Below, piece after piece: positions 8,984 to 12,341 of a DNA stretch of 12,341 nucleotides. Position 1 is the stretch's first letter; every line of letters starts with the position of its first letter. The stretch comes from Paraspadella gotoi (taxonomy: Eukaryota; Animalia; Chaetognatha). The stretch covers positions 23,368,675 through 23,381,015 of the forward strand of contig CM119264.1 of the NCBI GenBank assembly GCA_051294375.1, in the 5' to 3' direction. The position numbers were made by a program, and so were the translations under genes. The notes beneath the pieces were generated by a model. The model saw nothing but the letters and a program-made list of their open reading frames with translations. It was not told where the DNA came from and ran no database searches.

Positions 8984-9232
8984 NNNNNNNNNNNNNNNNN
9001 NNNNNNNNNNNNNNNNNNNNNNNNNNNNNNNNNNNNNNNNNNNNNNNNNNNNNNNNNNNNNNNNNNNNNNNNNNNNNNNNNNNNNNNNNNNNNNNNNNNN
9101 NNNNNNNNNNNNNNNNNNNNNNNNNNNNNNNNNNNNNNNNNNNNNNNNNNNNNNNNNNNNNNNNNNNNNNNNNNNNNNNNNNNNNNNNNNNNNNNNNNNN
9201 NNNNNNNNNNNNNNNNNNNNNNNNNNNNNNNN
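8984..9232. other. Assembly gap (N-run)
   Basis: Run of N. Confidence 0.99.
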
Positions 9233-9256
9233 TTTTGGTCTTGATTATTTTCTCTA

Positions 9257-9335
9257 CGAACGACAACGCCGACGACGACAACGATTGACAACAACGACGA
9301 CAACAACAACGACAACAGCAACAATGACTACGACA
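9257..9335 (+). repeat. Degenerate (ACG/ACA)n trinucleotide repeat
   Basis: acgacaacgccgacgacgacaacgattgacaacaacgacgacaacaacaacgacaacagcaacaatgactacgac. Confidence 0.9.
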
Positions 9336-9526
9336 AAAACGGACACGAGTTTTTTCTCTCGGTTAAGGAATTTCGAGGGAGACAATTAAATGGCAAAATT
9401 CTTGTAATTATAAGTCTGGAGTTAATCAAGAAAATGTAGTTATTTATGATTTAAAAAGATTTCGTTGTGAGAACGAAGGCGTCGCCATCTTGGATCAAGG
9501 GGGCGTTTTCTTTCGGTTCATCGCTC

Positions 9527-9572
9527 GACGTCTCGTGACGTCCGCGCGACGTCCGCGTGACGTCCGCGTGAC
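9527..9572 (+). repeat. 11-bp CpG-rich tandem repeat (GACGTCCGCGT) x~4
   Basis: gacgtctcgt gacgtccgcgc gacgtccgcgt gacgtccgcgt gac. Confidence 0.9.
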
Positions 9573-9674
9573 CGTAACGTGATAAGCGCCGCGAAATCAC
9601 GTGATGGGGAGAGACGGAATCTCGGGTGACGCCCAGGATTCCAATAAGAAAAACGATGTGCGTTCGATTTGGAG

Positions 9675-9794
9675 CAGAGAAGGAGAGACGAGGACAAAGA
9701 AGAGAAGAGAGAGAGAGAGAGAGAGAAGAGTAGAGAGAGGAGAGAGAGAGGAGACGAGAGAGAGACTATGAGAGAGAGAGAGAGAGACAGAGAG
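9675..9794 (+). repeat. Interrupted (GA)n microsatellite
   Basis: Purine tract dominated by GA repeats. Confidence 0.92.
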
Positions 9795-9888
9795 TGACTT
9801 GAGATGCCCACGCCTTGCCACCCCTTTCCCCCATCAAAAAAAAAAAAAAGACACATAAAGCGCGAAAAACAATTTAGCGTTAGGAGTT

Positions 9889-9931
9889 GCAATGGCTGGA
9901 GCAATGGCTGGAGCAATGGCTGGAGCAATGG
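9889..9931 (+). repeat. 12-bp tandem repeat (GCAATGGCTGGA) x3.6
   Basis: Three perfect copies plus gcaatgg. Confidence 0.95.
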
Positions 9932-10037
9932 ATACTGAGATGGCCAAGAGGTCAGCCCTGGTCAGCAAAGGAAAGAAATTATTCGAGAAGTCATGAGAAG
10001 AAACAGATCGGGATTGGAATAAGTCGCTCTTGCTCCG

Positions 10038-10218
10038 TTTCCTCCTCAACCCTCTTTTCTTCTTTCTTCTTTCTTTTTTTTTTTTGAGGATTTTTCCCTC
10101 CGCCTCTTTCTCTCATTCTCCTTACAACCTAATCTTCTTTCTTTCCTCCTCTCAGCTTCATTTTCTTTTTCTTTCCTCATTTTTTTCCTCACCTTATTCT
10201 TTTTCTTTTTCTTTTTCT
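10038..10218 (+). repeat. Polypyrimidine (T/C-rich) low-complexity tract
   Basis: ttcttttctt-type runs. Confidence 0.85.
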
Positions 10219-10705
10219 ACGTACTAGCTTAAACGAAATGAGTCGACCAAAAAATATGACAATATGAAAGAATCTTGAAATTCGGCAAGAAAAAAATATT
10301 TAATTAAGCAATGTCACAGATCGTTTCTGGTCGCCCCGTCACAACGTCACCGTCACCCCGCCGTGATTCCTCCGTCCCGCCGTCAACGCCCGAAATAAAC
10401 GTCTCTTCAAGTCTCAAAGTCAAATTCCGTTTCGACCGCAAAAAAAAAAAAAAAGAATTTCTGCGCCATCGAATTTTGACTTTGGCGAAGGAAACTGATC
10501 GCATCGAATTCACTCTCGTGCAATCGCAAGATCGCACAAGATGCGCATAGTTACCGCCGGGTTAACATCCTGGAAAACCTGAATGATACAAACGTCAAAT
10601 GATATAAAAGATAAACCAGTCAAACTCCAAATTCTTATTGTGCCACGATTACCTTCCGAATAAAGAGGAAGAGAAAGCAAGAAGTAGGTCCCGTCAGAGG
10701 GTGAA

Positions 10706-10726
10706 GACTGAGGACTGAGGACTGAG
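10706..10726 (+). repeat. 7-bp tandem repeat (GACTGAG) x3
   Basis: gactgag gactgag gactgag. Confidence 0.9.
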
Positions 10727-11014
10727 GTGGGAGGAGGGAGGAGAAAAACGGGAAAAACCCATCGTCCGAAAATTGGCGATTAGGCCTTTAGGTGGGACGA
10801 GCTCCTCGCTCGTTGATGGCCGACGCAAATGGCGGCACAATTAAAACGAGTCGGGCGAAAGTGTCGGTCGAAAGTGCGAAAATATGCCCTATGGCTCCGA
10901 CGCTTTCTTCGCCCAACAGTTTTTTGTCATTTCATTTTTATTCATTTATTCGTTTTAAAAAGAAGTTTCGACAGTCGGCCTCTTCATTTTCGATGCTAAT
11001 CCCTCGATTGTTCA

Positions 11015-11256
11015 NNNNNNNNNNNNNNNNNNNNNNNNNNNNNNNNNNNNNNNNNNNNNNNNNNNNNNNNNNNNNNNNNNNNNNNNNNNNNNNNNNNNNN
11101 NNNNNNNNNNNNNNNNNNNNNNNNNNNNNNNNNNNNNNNNNNNNNNNNNNNNNNNNNNNNNNNNNNNNNNNNNNNNNNNNNNNNNNNNNNNNNNNNNNNN
11201 NNNNNNNNNNNNNNNNNNNNNNNNNNNNNNNNNNNNNNNNNNNNNNNNNNNNNNNN
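11015..11256. other. Assembly gap (N-run)
   Basis: Run of N. Confidence 0.99.
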
Positions 11257-11544
11257 TTTTTCATATCGAGATCAGTGAGAGAGAGATGCGTGAATAAAAT
11301 CACGTGATAACAAAGCGTGATTGGTATCATGTAACTCAAACTCGTGAAAGAGATCTTGTGTGAAAAAAGATTGGTGTCGCGGTTGCGTTATTAATGTCAC
11401 GCATTCAGTGATAATATCAAAATCATTGTCCCCGCATGAGCATTGTGCAATGACTTCGAAATCATTTTTACGATTCGCTTGAAACACGATGACGTGAATG
11501 CCTGATCTCACGCGTCTCACGCGCGAAATAAATCGTGTATTCGA

Positions 11545-11578
11545 TCGTTCACTCGTTCGTTCACTCGTTCGTTCACTC
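11545..11578 (+). repeat. 12-bp tandem repeat (TCGTTCACTCGT) x~3
   Basis: tcgttcactcgt tcgttcactcgt tcgttcactc. Confidence 0.92.
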
Positions 11579-11759
11579 AGTTGAATCACAAAGGATTTTG
11601 TTCCGCCTTTTCGACGTCGAAATGTAAATCTTCGAAAGTGGGGAGAATCAATTGAGGGAGGAGGTGAATTTTTAGAATGGGGTGGCGTTGGGAGGAGTGG
11701 AGCGATCGTGAGAGTTGCGAGGAAGGCGTGGCGAAAGAAGAGGGTGGGAAAGCCGCGGC

Positions 11760-11769
11760 NNNNNNNNNN
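11760..11769. other. 10-N scaffold gap with an identical 15-mer on each side
   Basis: tgggaaagccgcggc at 11745-11759 and again at 11770-11784. Confidence 0.95.
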
Positions 11770-11877
11770 TGGGAAAGCCGCGGCGGCGGCGGTGTCGGGG
11801 ATTGGTCGGTGATCGAACGACGTCACCCGAAATTAATCCGGTACGAGAGATAATCGCGATTCGGAGGTTGCGATGGG

Positions 11878-11936
11878 GAGAGAGAGCGAGAGCGAGAGCG
11901 AGAGAAAGAGAGAGAGAGGAGGGGAGAGAAAGAGAA
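11878..11936 (+). repeat. (GA)n / (GAGAGC)n purine tract
   Basis: gagagagagcgagagcgagagcgagagaaagagagagagagg... Confidence 0.9.
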
Positions 11937-12235
11937 TGACGTAAGAGAGAGCCAGAGATGTCGAAAATGAAGGCGAGCGAAATTTTTTTGAGAGATACAG
12001 AAAAAATCGTCTAAAAAATAAAACCAAATTCAAGACAAAGTCTGTAGACTTTTAGACATAAACATCTACGACTACGTAAACGTAGATGAAAACGAAACAA
12101 GGAAGAATGAGAAAGAAAATAAAGTCTACAAAGACAAAACACGAGAGGGATTAGAAACGAAACGAAGCGATGGTACGATCAGACGGCGAAGAGGATGGCA
12201 AAAGAGAGCAAGGCTCAACGTCTCTTCTCTCCATC

Positions 12236-12341
12236 CTCCCTCTGCCTCCCTTCCTCCCTCTCCCTCCTTCTTTCACTCCCTACTGCATACTCCCTCTGCC
12301 TCCCTTCCTTCCTCTCCCTCCTTCTTTCACTCCCTACTGCA
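12236..12341 (+). repeat. 54-bp pyrimidine-rich minisatellite, 2 copies, truncated by the window end
   Basis: 12236-12289 and 12290-12341 are identical except for one C/T mismatch over the 52 aligned bases. Confidence 0.95.

Noticed and set aside
8440-9750. Shared ctctctactcttctct in inverted orientation between the 8425 CT tract and the 9675 GA tract
   Set aside because: Expected by chance between complementary low-complexity microsatellites.
9889-9931. 12-bp repeat as a coding repeat (AMAG/QWLE/AIAP) or CRISPR-like array
   Set aside because: No spacers, and the surrounding frames run into low-complexity sequence. No CRISPR-type repeat-spacer pattern exists anywhere in the window.
8907-11339. 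ORFs spanning the N gaps
   Set aside because: Their length is an artefact of undetermined bases.
11745-11784. 15-bp direct repeat resembling a target-site duplication
   Set aside because: It flanks a 10-N placeholder gap and is most simply an unmerged contig overlap.

Overview
Gapped draft-assembly DNA (four N-runs) that looks eukaryotic, probably invertebrate, and is essentially non-coding. No ORF in the track can be confidently assigned to a protein family, and most are microsatellite or N-run artefacts. The left ~4.5 kb is AT-rich and carries decayed mobile-element remnants: a Helentron/HINE (DINE-1/pearl-like) end next to a diverged ~160-180 bp tandem duplication, a ~265 bp Tc1/mariner-type MITE candidate, and a tRNA-derived SINE with poly(A) tail facing a possible second diverged copy. 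It also holds a ~600 bp high-complexity island that may be an exon or pseudogene relic. The right ~7.8 kb is CpG-rich, with alternating (CT)n and (GA)n tracts, many short minisatellites and promoter/enhancer-like motif clusters, including a 7-bp-phased array of nuclear-receptor half-sites. I see no CRISPR array, intact RNA gene, operon or convincing new multi-gene system. All family assignments come from motif and architecture recognition by eye, not from database searches.
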